Shown piece after piece: positions 41,191 through 55,652 of a DNA stretch of 64,000 nt. A program made the position numbers and the translations under genes. Origin of the DNA: Balanoglossus misakiensis (taxonomy: Eukaryota > Animalia > Hemichordata). Position 1 is the first letter of the stretch. The number at the start of each line of letters is the position of its first letter. The notes under the pieces are model-generated. The model was not told the origin of the DNA and made no database searches. It was given only the letters and a program-made list of their open reading frames with translations. The stretch lies in NCBI GenBank assembly GCA_040954595.2, contig CM082596.2:5840791-5904790 (forward strand), written 5' to 3'.

Positions 41191-42652
41191 TGACGAAACA
41201 GATACACAGAAGTTGAAGTACATAAGCCTTGAATGTGCCTCCTACATCGCATTCCATTGCTGGACAGATGTTCCCGAATAATATATGAATGCCTTTGTAT
41301 ATAATTGGTGAGAGACATACTGCGCATGCAACTTCATGCTGGTCTGTTTGCAACCAATTTAATACCAAACATTCATTTTCTGGCAAGTGAACTTCGGGTT
41401 TTTTGTTTCCAAGATGGCAACTAATTGGTCTCCAGAAATCCAGGTAGTTTTCACACCAGGTGTGAAATGTCTTGCCAGGTGTTTCACATCACATTGAATA
41501 CAGGGGGTTAGTTTTTCCCACAGAACACTGCCCTTACTGTTGTGTAGTACATTGAAAAGTTATAAAATGTCCACAAACTTGGTGGTGATCAATTTTAATT
41601 TAAAGAAACTGACAAGTCTGAAAAGAAACTTGGATGACATAGTTATTTTGGAGGGTACTGTACTTTTTCGCAGTTGAGCTAGGTGACTTCTGCAAAGCTG
41701 GGGGATTGACGGTAAATGTTTGTTTGGTGGCGATTTGTTTCCTCAGCCAGGTCGTTCACCTGGGGCATTTCGCGCCTAGCATTGCAGCATCTGCTGTTCA
41801 GAATGATGCCATGATCTCCTGTGGGTTTTGCCGTGGACCCTCAACACGTCTTCCCCACATGTCCGTCTTTCAGCAACAGAGACCGAGTCTGTTCACACTG
41901 GGTTTTTAAAGTGTGTCGGGATTGAACATTGTGTGCCGGGGGTCTCCAAAAGGCGGGGATCTGTTAACGCTCTGCAGACAGTTTTGAATGGCCAGTGGAG
42001 AGTTGTAAACTGATCCACCCTGGAGTCAAAATCCCTGACTTGTTTTCTGCATGGCCCTCACAATACATATTAAATACACAACTTATGTTTTTAAAATAGT
42101 CACACAATTTATCTGTTTGTTTACAATGACTGTACTTGTGATATTAAATCAGGAGGTGTCATTTTAAAAGTTCACTAGTTGAAGTATTACTTCAAAAATA
42201 TTCTCACAAAGTCCTCAGAGGTAACACAGTGGTGGTCATTTGCTAACACTTTTGTGCACTAAAAGTGATTGACATAATGTGATCCAGTTAGAATTGGCCT
42301 CAATTCTCAGACATTTGAAATCTTAGATTCTCGTGAGATTTCTGACAGGATTAAAAGTGGGTCTGTTTCTCCATTGTCAACAAAACACTTGAAAATGATC
42401 TGAGCCATAACGGGTGATACTTATAAGGATAGAAATGAATATTTGCACCTATTATCCTAATTTCACAGTGGTGTGGTCAAACTGAAAACAAAATACAGTG
42501 AGAACCACATGCTTTATAATTTTGATTTGGTAAAACAGGATGAATATTACCTTGTTAAACTGAAGTATTGGTTTATAATTTTTGTGAATTATATTCCCTA
42601 GAGTCATGATTCAGAAAATGATGTGTTTCAGAGAGTAACCATAGTGACTGAC

Positions 42653-42713
42653 AATTCTAGAACACTCTCCTTTCACAGATATGATATCTGTGAAAGAAGA
42701 GTGTTCTGGAATT
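42653..42713. repeat. 61-bp near-perfect palindrome
   Basis: aattctagaacactctcctttcacagatat-g-atatctgtgaaagaagagtgttctggaatt; 30-bp arms with 2 mismatches. Confidence 0.85.
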
Positions 42714-43770
42714 TCTTTGTGAAAATTTCAAAAATTGGAAAAAAATGTTTACATTGTTAAAGTTCTGATAATGAGGCTTTTAACAGGTAGATGACCTGCT
42801 GGCCTCAGAGGTGACAGTCTCGATACAGCTGTTCAGTTATCTTGTCAACAGCTGTAAAAACTTTACGAGGAAAGGTCAAGTCAGGGTCATGTCCATAACT
42901 TGGCTGACTGGAGATGACAGCAAAACTCATTTGATGTATCAAAAGAGCAAATCATGAGCGAGATGTTTAGCAGATCATTTTATATAACGCACACCCTAGG
43001 AATGCTGCTTTTTATGGCCTGCAACAAGGCTTCAGGCAGACGCGTTCAGGAGGGAGGTAGAGTGACTGCTGGAACACCCCAAACATCCCAAGCACAAAAG
43101 CAGCTTACCTGTATAAAAGGATATAATCTCTTATTTGTTGCAAAGCACCATGGGTGCTATCTTAGTTCTGTGGGCTCATTTCAATTGATCCAAAATGGAA
43201 AAAAAGCATTAACTGTTGTGCGTGGCTTTCTCAGCCAAATCTTCCTTTCACTCGGATTGTCAAGATTTGTTTGTTTAGTTTTGTATTTTTTGGAGGGTTA
43301 CATTGTCCGGCTGTGCAAAAAGCAGACAAATTTCCATCCCATTGATGTGAACACAATAGCAGAGTTTGCATAATGGTCTGGGGATTTAACTCTCACAATT
43401 CTAAAGATTAAATGTATTCACTTTTTTGAATTGGCCGTAGTGATAGATTCCATAGAACAGAGTTCCATTTTTTTTTTCTTTTTCACCCCTGTGACGAAAC
43501 GCTATTGTGATTTGCCGGAGTCAGTGTATGGAAGTATTTACATGTTAAGTGTCATATTAAAGGACTTTAGAGCAGAACGTTGGGGCGCATACACGTTTGG
43601 TGGATCATGCACCAGGCATTGGTGCACTCGGTTCTTTAAACTAGGTTGTCGTACGTAACTTCCTGCCTGGTTTCCTTTTTTCTGGCGCCACTGGTGCCAA
43701 TACCCACACAGGAATCACAGTTGAGTTGTTTTCCTACGTCGTCTGTGAATCAGCGAAACTCGTCGAGAAC

Positions 43771-43816
43771 ATGTCGTATATAAAACTCATGTTGGAGCGA
43801 TTTAGCCGTAAGAATG
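43771..43816 (+). CDS. Candidate alternative first coding exon (MSYIKLMLERFSRKN + G)
   Basis: aacATG start, donor ATG|GTAAGC, phase 1. CpG-rich leader with ETS-like ACTTCCTG (~43658) and CCAAT (~43697). Confidence 0.65.
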
Positions 43817-44431
43817 GTAAGCCACTTGTTTGTCAGACTTTTTTTCAAACGTGAATCACCTGTTGGGTGTCCACTTTTGGCTTTGGAAATGGGTTGCTTG
43901 CTCCCATTGACTTATATGTCATAGGTTTATAGACATTCCTCTGTCGAGACTATTCCGATAAATTATTTTGGCTTTTCATTTTCTCTGATTTTCAATCATT
44001 AGCACGCGGTCTGGCAAAAAGGGTTGTTTTTGTGTCGCGCTGTGATTTGTTTGAAAGGGATTAGCATCCATTGTAACATCACCAACCTTTGTGTCAAACA
44101 CAGCCTTTACACAGGTGTGTATATGATTGATCCAGGCCCATTATTTCAAGGCGCACATACCTGTAGCAATATTTCTATAACTCTAAACCATACGCTTTGT
44201 ACGTGCACGTTTTAGCTGGGAATGTAGAATTCGTAAACTTTTCCCTCCTGATTTCTGATTTACAATCCTGTAAGTGTTATGTCTGACCTTCTGACTGTCA
44301 CCTTTCAGGGTCATCCACCTCCACATAAAAAAGCAAATACACGTGTGGACTCAAAACAGTAAGGGGAGAACTTGAGACTGACAATGACATATCTCTTGAG
44401 AAACTGAAATGATTTCACATATTAAACAATG

Positions 44432-44612
44432 TACAGTAAAACCTGTCTAAACCGAACACAAAAGGGACTGAAGAAATTGTTCGGTTTGCAGAGGTGTCCG
44501 GTTTATAGAGGTTCTATAACATGTGGTTCTATGTCAGAGGGACAGGAAAAGGTGTTCGGTATAGACAGGTTTCCAGATTAGACAGGGTTCGCTTTAGACA
44601 GGCTTTACTGTA
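44432..44612. mobile_element. Tc1/mariner-superfamily (pogo/Tigger-type) MITE
   Basis: TA-CAGTAAAACCTGTCTAAA ... TTTAGACAGGCTTTACTG-TA, with internal tagacagg subrepeats. Confidence 0.85.
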
Positions 44613-44772
44613 ATAAATTAACTGGTCATTCTAGTGGATTGTACCATGATGTGGTTTTAACCGAGTTTTACAAAGTTTTCCAACCATCAGTGGGAAGTTT
44701 TGCATTTATACTGTATCTGTTCCACTGTAGTACCCAGTCCGATTGTACACATTGATACAGTTGATTATATAA

Positions 44773-44910
44773 TACAGTGAAACCTGTCTATTAAGGACAC
44801 CTCTGGGACCAGGAAATCTGTTCTTAATAAAGAGGTGTCCTTAATAGACAGGTAATTCAAACAGGGACCTTTGTCTTGAACAATCTGTCCTTAGAGACGT
44901 TTTTATAGAG
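44773..44910. mobile_element. Truncated related Tc1/mariner-type MITE
   Basis: TA-CAGTGAAACCTGTCTATTAAGGACACCTCT start with an internal inverted copy agaggtgtccttaatagacaggt. Right end degraded; boundary approximate. Confidence 0.7.
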
Positions 44911-46135
44911 CCCAGATAAACATTGAAAGTTATTCTTTAAAATTAGGATACACTATTCCTGAGGCAGAGATGGGTACAGGCACGTTGTGTTACGACTTTA
45001 TGGCATAGTATACCAGTAGATATTAGATTGAGAGCTTCAAACTATAGGGAGTTAAAGATACGCAGGCGAGCGATTGTGAAGTGGCCGGATCAGGTTTCAC
45101 ACTATGAACACTCGGTGTATAATCAGACAAACAATGGTCTTGCTTGAATTACCCAGTAACAATGAAGATCACCTTGATTTGGCGAGCACAAGGAGCCTCT
45201 GTCCCCTGTTCCAGTGCAGTCATGGAACTATCAAGGAGGTTCCTTACATTTCGTGTAGAGATCGGTAAAAAGCGGACACCACAAAGTTGCAAACCTTACT
45301 TGTAATGTACTGTAAACTTTTTAAAACTGCATGTGCACAACCATAATTAGTCAATTCATACTGTTTAGATGTATATGAGCCATCAATCAGCCAGTGATCT
45401 TTTTGTCCTCTCATAGATAGATACATACATGCATGAATATGCACGAACATTCGTATATACCAGACAGAGACATATGAACATCAATCTATCGGAACTATCA
45501 GAAATATTTCACCAGATATAAAGAGACCAAATTCTAAAACAGAGAAATTTGGTTCGCCCAAGGCCAATTGGAGAACTTCTGTGTGAAATAAGCAAGTCCT
45601 TTTTAATCACAGAAGTTAATTTACACATGATCAAGCCAAGACAGGTCCCACTACCCTGCATTATGGATGAGACAGAAACAATACATTCGGGCTAGACATG
45701 ATTCAACCAGAGAACTTCTAAACTATTTGATTTTTATCCAGACGGAGCCCCGATCTCATTCTTGCATTGTTTAATCTCCGCTGAAGTCAGTGAATTAGCT
45801 ACATTAAAGACTTGGGGAAAGTGTTTGTCCATGCGGTTGGTCCGGGGGAGAAAAACAGAGATATTTCCCCTGGAGGCGAAGATAGTGTTTAGGTCTTTTG
45901 AGTGTGTGCAAAAACATTCTTGGTGCCGTATCAAGTTAAGCCTCATTGCTGTGAGCTAAGTTGACTGTTTGTTTTGCCCCATGGTGAAAATGGAAATCTA
46001 GTTGCAGTTGCGACAATTGATCAGAGTCGGACTGCCATGGCTATGTTTCCATTTCAATATGCCAGGCTGTTTTTGTCATAACTACCCAAACTAGAAGAAG
46101 GTTACCTTGTCAATATTGTAACCAAATTTTCACTC

Positions 46136-46383
46136 TTAAGGTAGTACACTCATATTTTGCTCAAGGCAACTTCAGATTATAAAAATTGGTGGTCACAGTG
46201 AAAAATTTCGAATGTGAGCCAAATTGTCTCAAATATGAAATTCAGAATGGCTGCCATTAATCTCTGTGTTAATTTTCATGAAAACAATTCTCAAAAAAAC
46301 TTATCACACACTTAAGCATTAATAAAAAGACTTGAAAGGTAACTTTTTACTGAAAATTGTCCCTTAGGTACATACTACCATAA
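46136..46383. mobile_element. Degraded TTAA-flanked MITE
   Basis: TTAAGGTAGTA ... TACTACCATAA termini, one mismatch from a perfect inverted pair. Confidence 0.55.
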
Positions 46384-49300
46384 TGCTTTGATCAGCTTTT
46401 ATAAACTAGCCCACACAATAGCTGAAACTAGATGCATCAATTTCTGGTGAACGTATATGCTAACAGTATCCAGAATGCATTAATTCTTTTCAGTTGAACA
46501 AAGTGGAACGCAATCATTTCCGTTCCGAAATGACCTGCCTCTCCCATCTGATACCAGACAATAGTAGTTCAGTTTTCGCTAGTTCACAATGGGGTTGGTG
46601 TGGCCAACATCTTTGTCAGACAGGAAAAAAAAGTTTCTGAAGTGTTTTGTGTCCGATTGCCAAGATTTATCTAGTAATTTTAGAAGACTCTATGGAACTG
46701 AGTTGGCCTGTCATTTGAGAGAAAAAATAAACCACAGGGCTGGCGGTCTTACCAAATGTTAACACTTCTATTACATTTTACATTTTTGTCCTTGGTTCAA
46801 ATATTTTCATAAAATGTAGAATGATGTGTTTACCAGTGGAGTTTGGATCTAATCCCAGTATTCATAACGCCATCGAAAACCTTATTTGGTTGTAAGGAAT
46901 GCCAACTTGCACTGACGTGATAAATTTGTTTTTACTTTATTACAATTTTTATTGAGAACTGTTGATCTCCCCTCCCCAAGCCACACCAGACATTAATACT
47001 TGATGTATTGAAAGTCAGTCAGGCTGGTTGTTTTATGGTTGTTATGGAAGTTGCTGGATAACCCAATTGGAAATGGTCTTACATTTATGGGTGTGAAAGT
47101 CAGCCAATCATATTATATGTTGCTTTTTCTGATCAACCAAAGTTTTGAAGTAGTGTAAAACAGCCAATCAGAGCACCTGTTACATTTTGTGGTCATGCCC
47201 TTGAAGTTAAGTGTATGTACATCCAAACGACTCAATTAAAGTTGTCAAACAACATTGAAAATGTAATTAAGGGCCTAATGTCCCCTCCATTTGGTTATTT
47301 ATGAATGTCATTTTGGACAAAGCTTTGGTTTATAAAATCATGTTAAGTATAACTTCCTGTTACTTGAGCCATGGGATGGAGATTCAGTGTATTGTCAGTT
47401 AATTTTTTGCCGTGGGTGGGACATGATGTTACAATGTGTTTGAGCAGACATGATTGTTGTCAAGGCCTTGCACTTAAAATTTTGGAAAATGCGATAACAG
47501 TCAAATAGAATAGGTTATGAATGTCGCTGAATGATGAGGGTCAACAGATCACACCCGTATGAGACGTGTTCATGGAGAACAAAAAATCGATGTTTAAAAC
47601 CCTGATGGGGTCTCAAATCCAAAATGTCCCCAGGGCAGACGAACAAACACCTGAGTGCCAGTCAGTGACCTAGGATATTACTGAGCGATTTCAACACACC
47701 TGCACACACTCTGAATAGAACAAAAATAAAATGTGATAGCCTGCAATGCAATGAAGAATATACTCTACCACATAATACGTAGTAGAATTTGATTTTTCTT
47801 CTATTGCAAGTGGGCACTCAAGCTTTACATTTCACTCGTACCATACCCCTGGTTTCTTAATGATGTGGTCCAGCACTTCTATTCAGTACAGTGGGGTAAG
47901 GCCATTCTACTGTCATGACAGGGGTAAAGATTATTGGGCACATGCATACATGTACATCTATTCTTAACTTGGCACTGTTCTATGTCAATTTTGCATTTTG
48001 TACTTTTTATGTAGTCAAAATGCTGCTCTCTATATACCGGTAGACTTATTTTGTCTAATTTGTTTAGCTTTGTCCACAAAACGTGTTCAGCAGGCAAGAA
48101 AGTGGAAAACAGAATGGTAGTTACGTACAAGATATTGTACTGATGGTGAATTGTCTCTATACACATGTAAACTTAAATGGCAACTGACAAATTACTTCAT
48201 TTATCATCAGGGGATGAATTAGTCTTACTTGTTTCCCAACACAAACCCTCCAACACGCAGAGAATGTGCAATTATCGGGGGTGCAGTTTGCACTTGGTGG
48301 AATGACCACGCGGCATTCGCTGCTTCAGGGATGACATTATGGTCGGGTGGTTGCAGATGCCTGAAAGGGGGATTTTATGCTTGTCGATCAGGTGGATTTA
48401 ATGGCTACAGACCTGTCATTAAAGAGACAATCGCAGCATTGTGGCTCCAGGGTTCCTATACTTGTTAATTGCGGACAGTTTTGTCCCAATTCGCAGGAGC
48501 CATTTGTCAGACTCATTAAAACTGACATCAAACTTCAGGACAGGCAATCTTCATACAGGTGCTTTGTGCAGATGATAATTAAGGGTGAAAGCTCACTGCA
48601 GTATTAAGGGGACAATTGTAGTGTTGTTCCTATGGGGATTCTCTCATGGTTCTGGTACTAGTGATTCAAAATCACCGCCTGGTCTCAAGTGTTCAATTCT
48701 AATGAAATCAGAGGAAGGAACCAGAGAAATACACAGTGAAACTGTTCACCAGACTGTCCACAACCCTGCAATGAAAATGGCTAGATTGTCTGCCATAATT
48801 TATGGCACTATCAGCCTACTATACAGACATTGTGGTCAAAACAAGTTCAAGCAAATAACTGGCCCTAATTGATGTGCAATCACCACCTCCGAATAATGAC
48901 AAGTCAATTACCAATCACCCCTCCAGGCTTACTGGTTGACTTAATGTCATTAGCATACGTTTGGGTTGTGGTCATTAACTGTGTACAGTTACCCTTAATT
49001 AATTATCCAAATCACCACCCAGCAATAAACTCAACAAGCCAAAATAAGAGGCTGTTTTTTGTCTGTGAGATGTGACGACTCCAGATTCTTGTAATTTTTC
49101 AGTCAGAATAGAGTGAGTGAAGATTCCAAGAGTCTGTAGACTGTAGCAGAGTTTTAGTTAGCTAGCCATCATCAAACCAGGGCAAATGGCAAAAATAAAC
49201 TCAACCACTGAAGTGCTACCTTAACATACCAGTACATGTATGGCAAACATTAATACAGAAGTCACTGAAGGGCAGACATTGAAACCTTTAATTATATAGT

Positions 49301-50762
49301 ATCACTCTGCAGTAGAGATACCTTGGTATCTGTTATGGTGATAACCCTTCCACCCCCAGTTCCCTGTAAAGAGGTCCAACATTGCCATGGCAAGCAATGG
49401 AGTTGGAATAAACCATGGTGGTGGAAGGGTTCCATACATACTTGGGACTTTTCAGCACTGGAGGGGTTATTAATGTGCAGACAGTTTTTCTGCTGTGTGT
49501 ATAGACCTCCTGACACTCTGACAATATTGACACAGACATTGTTGACACAGATGTTGACACAAACGTTATAAACAACTTTAACCAGTCCAAAAAAAAAGTC
49601 CAGGACAAAAAAACATACTCATCATTTGTCACTGAAAGAGGAGAATTTGGAACTGATGTCATAAAAATTACGATCTCATTCCATCTTTGTATTGATTATC
49701 AAAAATTTAAATGTTTTTTGTTTGCATGCAAGGACGTGTCTGGGCAAAACTTGTTATTTCTGGACAGGTTTTGAAAGCTGATAACTTCTCTGTCATGCAG
49801 TGTACTGGCTTGACCAGGTTAATTTACTTTGATGGCAGGGTGAACTTTTATGACGTGAACTTTTCTGACATGACGGTATGAGACAGCTGCAAGTTCCCAT
49901 TCATTGTATAAATGATTAGGAAGTCAGTTTCTGACTTCACTAGTCCATTTCTTTGTACTTCTTTATCAGCTGGTTCTAATATTAGACCACCACATCATTG
50001 AACTATTGGTGAATATTAAAATTATTAATACATCCATCTGTATGATCTAAGTATTTATATTGTATACTGTCTCATTTTTTCTATATATGGAAATATTTGG
50101 TTCCAAAGTGCAGTGATCTCGATGCACAAAGTGTTGGACTGTCTCAGTCTGTTAGTTTTATGCCTATATATACGTGACACAACTTGCGATGAGATATTGT
50201 CAAAGTCGTGATTGGCACACAAATCATTGTATTAGCCCCGGTGCGCGTGATCGCGGTGTTTGTGATGTGACCGCTACAGTTTCCAGTGCGGAGACCGACA
50301 AGGTTTTTCTAAACTGACAGCTTATTGTTCTGAAGCTGGACCTGTTCTGTCTGTCCTTGGCCTTCGTGCCAATTTTATTCCTGAAATTTTACTGCTTTAG
50401 AATTGGATGCGATGTAAGGTCATTCGATGCAGCTAGTAAGGTCATTGTTCTACAAAGTATCAGCTGAACTGTTCAACTCTAATACTCATCTAGAATTCTG
50501 ATGAAGGTGACAATGACGTGAATAAACTGTTGGATACGTTTACATGTCTGGAGTCGTCAATTCAAAGAGTTTCTGTGACTTTTACATTGCTTGATCATTA
50601 AGGAACCAGCTTATTTGTAAAATCTCTACTTTTTTATATTTCCATTATATTTTCCCCATCATATCAATTATGTGTTTACCAGATTGTTTTCTTTCATTTT
50701 GAATTCACTCTTCATTAGTGTATGTCCTTGGGCAAGGTATTTCATCCTATAAATGGGCTATA

Positions 50763-51030
50763 TTTTTAATACAGTTTAATATCATTTTGCATTTAATGTG
50801 ATAGGTTTGTGAGAGTGGTAATTTAAGACTGTTGGAAATCAGTGACACAAAAGACAGCAATCTATAAAATATATCATCACAAAGCTCTTTTATTTATTTT
50901 ATCCATCATTTTGTGATGATATATTTCATAAATTGCCATCTTTTGTGTTGCTGATATCCAGTGGTCTCAAATTATCAATCTTAGAATCCTATCCCATTGA
51001 ACGCAAAATGATATTGAACTGTTTTAAAAA
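50763..51030. mobile_element. Palindromic foldback/MITE-like element (~270 bp)
   Basis: Imperfect ~120-bp inverted arms (tttttaatacagtttaatatcattttgc / gcaaaatgatattgaactgttttaaaaa; aaatatatcatcacaaa / tttgtgatgatatattt). Confidence 0.8.
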
Positions 51031-54000
51031 CTGATATTCTCATATGAAAATTGAGACTTAATAATTAACTGTGTTTGTATATCACAGAAGATGGCTGCTA
51101 AGTTTCAAAATGAAAATGGATATAGAAGAATATATTTTGGCCGAGCATATATGTCAATTACTGCTAACATTGTCAATACCAGATAGCATGCTATTACAGG
51201 ACTGAGATAATGTAATTGATAGCATGAACTGTGAACTTTACATGAAGGGTTAGAGAAAGATTAAACAGAATCAAATAAATCAATAGAATTGGTCATTTTT
51301 ATTGCAAAGGTACACAAATTTAAAAGAATACCAGTGTCACCTGATTTTATACAAAGCCAGCAGTATATTCGAAGGTCTAATCTGATAGGTACACACCTGG
51401 TGTACATAAAGAAAATAGCCAATCAGGGGTCATCTTTACAAGGCTGTCGTGTTGTTCGGGGGCAGTCAGCGGTGACAGTTTTGCAGAGAAATATTGCTTA
51501 TGTCATCAAAGTTAATCCCTTCACCCTTTGTTCAGTATTTGGTATCTGGTCTTTATACAATCATGCTTTTGAACATTTCATTGAAAATGCTGAAATATGG
51601 CCATCACACAAAAATGATAATAATTGGCTTTTGATATTTTTGGCTGGATCATTTTCCTCATTTTGAACAAAACTATGTTTCATTGCCAACAGGTGTGTGT
51701 GGACATGTGTGTATACTTAGTGGAAACAACATTTTCCTCCAAGACAACCACAGTAATTGTACTGTGTACCGTGTACCTATTAAATCAGTTCACACTTTTT
51801 TTTATTAAGTGATATGTACACACTCTTTTGTGCAGAAACTGTACCGTGATAGTAATGATGATCATTCTCCCCCGAGGATGCTATTTTTCACTGGTTAAGT
51901 TACGAGTTCTTAAACTTGTTAACATTTCCCCCTACAAAGAGGCTGTTCTTGTTCATGTTTGCCAGCTATGTGAAGTGGTTTGAACCCTGGTAACCTCTGT
52001 GATCACTCTGTATGAGGACAATATTGGCATTGTTTAAGATTGGTCAGATAGCGAAAATACCTGAGGGGGAAACTGGGTTGTCGTAGTCAGAGGTGGTCAG
52101 AGTGCGAGTCTGGAGCAGGGTTTCTGGTAGATCTGAAATATTGCTAGAGAATGTTTGGAAAAGAGAAGAGAATCTTCCAAGACGAGGTAAGAGATTATAA
52201 AGAAGGCTACCCAAGGAGTTCAGAGAAATGGAATATGCGGTAGAGTATCCCATTGGAGGCAAGTGAAGATGAACGATGCGTCAGGATTCTAGGGACAAAG
52301 TTGTTATATTTGGATATTGTTTCGGTTACTCTGTTCTGTTTCCTCCAGAGTCTAGAAACACACGTTGCTGATGACATGCAGGAATGTCTCATTTATTGCA
52401 TCATCTAAATGAATGGATGCATCATCAATCTTGGTTCATCCAGTGTGGCAATTCTATCAAAACCTCTTACTTGTTTGTCATGACATTCAAGCAGCCTTAG
52501 GGACACAAGCATTTATAGGTGTGTATAGTCACAAATACCTGTCTGTGTGTGGCACTGTTGTGTAAAAAAGTTGACTTTTATAAAATCAACTCACAACAGG
52601 CTGATTATAACCAGGCAATATAGTTGCCATGGATACTTGTTACCGTTGGAAACTCTGTTAATGTTTCCATTAATGCGCTGGTTTGGGGTTACCTATATTT
52701 ACTTCTTTACTTATTTGCTTACTTGTATTTTGTAAGACAGTATCATAAATTCAGGTGAGCTAAAAACTATGGTGGTTTCCCATGGCCAACTGGAAGTTTT
52801 TTTCATTAATTACAATTTATTTAATGTGTCAAAATCTTAAAATATTCCCCAAATTCCTATTTTGAAAGTTTGCTTCAGCCTGGTTGGTCAGAACAAGTTA
52901 TTTGCATGTGTTAACTACCACATTGTTATGCAAATGTTACCTGTGACCCTTTGTGAACTTTGACATCTTGTTCATTGATGCGGAAGGTGCCATTTCTGTC
53001 ACGCGTAAATCAGTGCTTATCACTTTTAGCTGAATTCTGATCGCGATCAAACCACTGTGATCAAGTCTTGGTACGTATATAGACCTTTTGTCATTTATCG
53101 GAAATCGATCAAACATACAATTTGCCCTTCAAAGCTTTGGGCCGACCAAAAAATAGCTGTAGCATAAAGAATGTTCGTTGACATAATCGTTTTATTTCAA
53201 ATCCCTTTTTCGTCGGTTGAAAGATTGCAGACGACAAAAATCATTCCAGACACCTTTCCACTGAAGTCTCTGTGAGACCTATAGTTCAGTTCAACTTCTG
53301 AACCGAAGTATTCGTTCCTACATGCACCGGTATGTACCAGTAACATCAGCCAACGATGCGTGTGCCGATCGATTTCATGTAGATTTCAGGGAAACGTGAG
53401 AGGATGGAAGGCAAACTTTGTTTTGATTGTGCAGTAAGATGTTTCTGAAACTTCCTTGGTATATGTTGGCATGTTATTGAGTTTGATCGCTTCAACTTGC
53501 TAACAAATTGTGCAGTTTATCCTTGGCTTGGGTGCCAGGATGTATTTTCTGACAAAACTTTGATTTCGATCGCGCCTTGTCGAAGATTTATTTCGTAACC
53601 TAGCAATTGTAAACAATAAGCGGGATGTGAAATCTACTATCTCTGTGTCACCATGGTGACAAGTTCATCAACGTATGACTCGGACCACTTGTACTTTCTC
53701 ATGTTTGTCCGAGCTCTACGCCCAAAGCCTTGATTTCAAAATAGGTCACTGTCAAGTAATATTACAAATGATTTTCTTTTCGACTCACAACGTGACTGTC
53801 AAAAAAGTGCATGTGTCTGGGCTGAGATCTAATCAGAAATGACAGTCTGGTACTTCAGATGCCATATATGGCAAAATGATACAGTTGTCTTTTTGGCTGT
53901 ACTGAGGTACTCATGTCAAAGGGCTACTGTAATGATGCCATAGTATACAACTATTGAAGTAACCCACCCTTGAACAAAACTGTTTGCATTCACAGCCAAG

Positions 54001-55569
54001 TCGACAACCAAACTCAATGTCAGATGCAGGGTTGGTATTAAGTGCCTCTTTTGCATATTTCATTATTCAGGGCCAACTGTTCTAAAAATTTAAGTGGACC
54101 CCATTGTGCATCTCCAGCAGCTCTGTTGTGCTGGTATATATGTTCAGCTGGGACTCAAACAATCCTGCAATCAGGTTGTCCCCTTGCACCAATACAGTAG
54201 ACAATTCTGGTAAATTTGATCTGTAGTCTGACATCGCCCTTCTCCTCACTGACCCTGACAACGCGAGACCTAACCCTGCCCAGATGTTGCCCCTTTAGAT
54301 TTAACTTTCAAAATTGGATCAGTGATATTCTCATGTATCAGTTTACTACTCCACCGGTCATTTTCACTGTATAATTTCCAAAAACTAGAAACAGTTACTG
54401 AACTTTAAACATGATATATCATAGTAATGCTGTCTGTCCCAATTGTTTTTCCCTTAAAAAATCTGTCCATTTCGTGTTCTGAGTTTGGAGATATTTTCAA
54501 ATTAGTTCTGTGTTGATGACGCTCAATGCCTTCCGTAATCTCATCATGTACGGTTGGCCATGCATCCACAATGATCTTGTGTGGCTTCCCCACATTCCTG
54601 CCACCAGGCTCACTTGTTGTTTTCTGCTCTACAAACTAGGTTGACATTTTTGGAATGCAGCCATCAAGAATGGTGATGTTCAGAACTGCCAGGCTTTTGT
54701 TACTGTTTAAAAGTTGACATCAAGGTTGAAATTTCTCCCAAATGTACAGACATTTCCATATATGACAAATGTTTAACACAACCAGCAAAAGACTAGCTTA
54801 TTCTGATTGTCCTAAACAATAATGTACATGTTTTAATTTGCACAAAGAGCGGACAAAACTCTGACAAAATAGGCATGTTTTATTGACTTATGATTATAAG
54901 TTAAAAAAAAAAAGAATATAATTTTCACACATGATTCGTATTGAAATTATTTATCAAATTGCCAATTTGCACTTTTTAATATTGACTTATTCAAGCTATT
55001 GCCTTCTTAGTGAGTCAAGACAAAAATCTGATAGGGCATGGTATATTTTGTGGTTCACTGAGACCAACTCAAGGTACATTTACCATGCAAAACACTCAGA
55101 GTTTGATATCTTTTTGAGTCATTTTCCGGGGATTTGCCAGACAGACTAAAGATCGAGGAATCTGATTGGCAGGGATCATGAAGTGAACTGACTGGTGTCC
55201 TCTTTACACGTTCCATATTTGGCATGCGATAGCAAACAGCATAGCTCTATTTATGGTTACAGATAACATACCAAGTAAGGGGCCCAGAGAGCACTATTCT
55301 TCAATCACATAAAAGACTACAGATTAGGAAAAAAAGTTTTTTTCAGAAAAACTTTATAGTATTTATAACTTTTTAAAACTATGCTTTTGAATGTCTGCTT
55401 GTGAAGTTTGAACTAGTTATTGAAAGTGCATGAGGTATCGGTGGGCGGGAGATCAAATATCTGCAGTTTTGCAAAACCCTTGTTAGCATCGGTCAGGTCA
55501 ACCAGTGAGAGACGCTGCACATAAACATGAAGTGTGTGACAGGCAGATCAGCGTCGGGTCCGTCAGCTG

Positions 55570-55652
55570 ATGTCACTTTCTATTTCTGTGCCGTCAGATC
55601 CATCTAATGTCAGCTTTGTAAGACAAGAGAGAGAAGTTTGGCTACTTGTAAG
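55570..55652 (+). other. Possible proximal first exon (5'UTR, or phase-2 coding MSLSISVPSDPSNVSFVRQEREVWLLV)
   Basis: Donor AAG|GTATGG and GC box GGGCGG at ~55443. Phase 2 fits 58660 only. Confidence 0.3.

Noticed and set aside
41414-41443. ATG GCA ACT...CAG|GTAGTT candidate first exon
   Set aside because: Phase 0 with no compatible downstream acceptor found, and a weak donor.
50407-50413. ATG CGA T|GTAAGG after a CpG-rich, CCAAT-containing patch
   Set aside because: Phase fits, but the donor and start context are weak and it is too short to distinguish from chance.
52040-52400. Purine-rich stretch with ATG...GAG|GTAAGA (52151-52186) and short minus-strand ORFs
   Set aside because: Phase 0 is incompatible with 56645 and the translations resemble no known protein.
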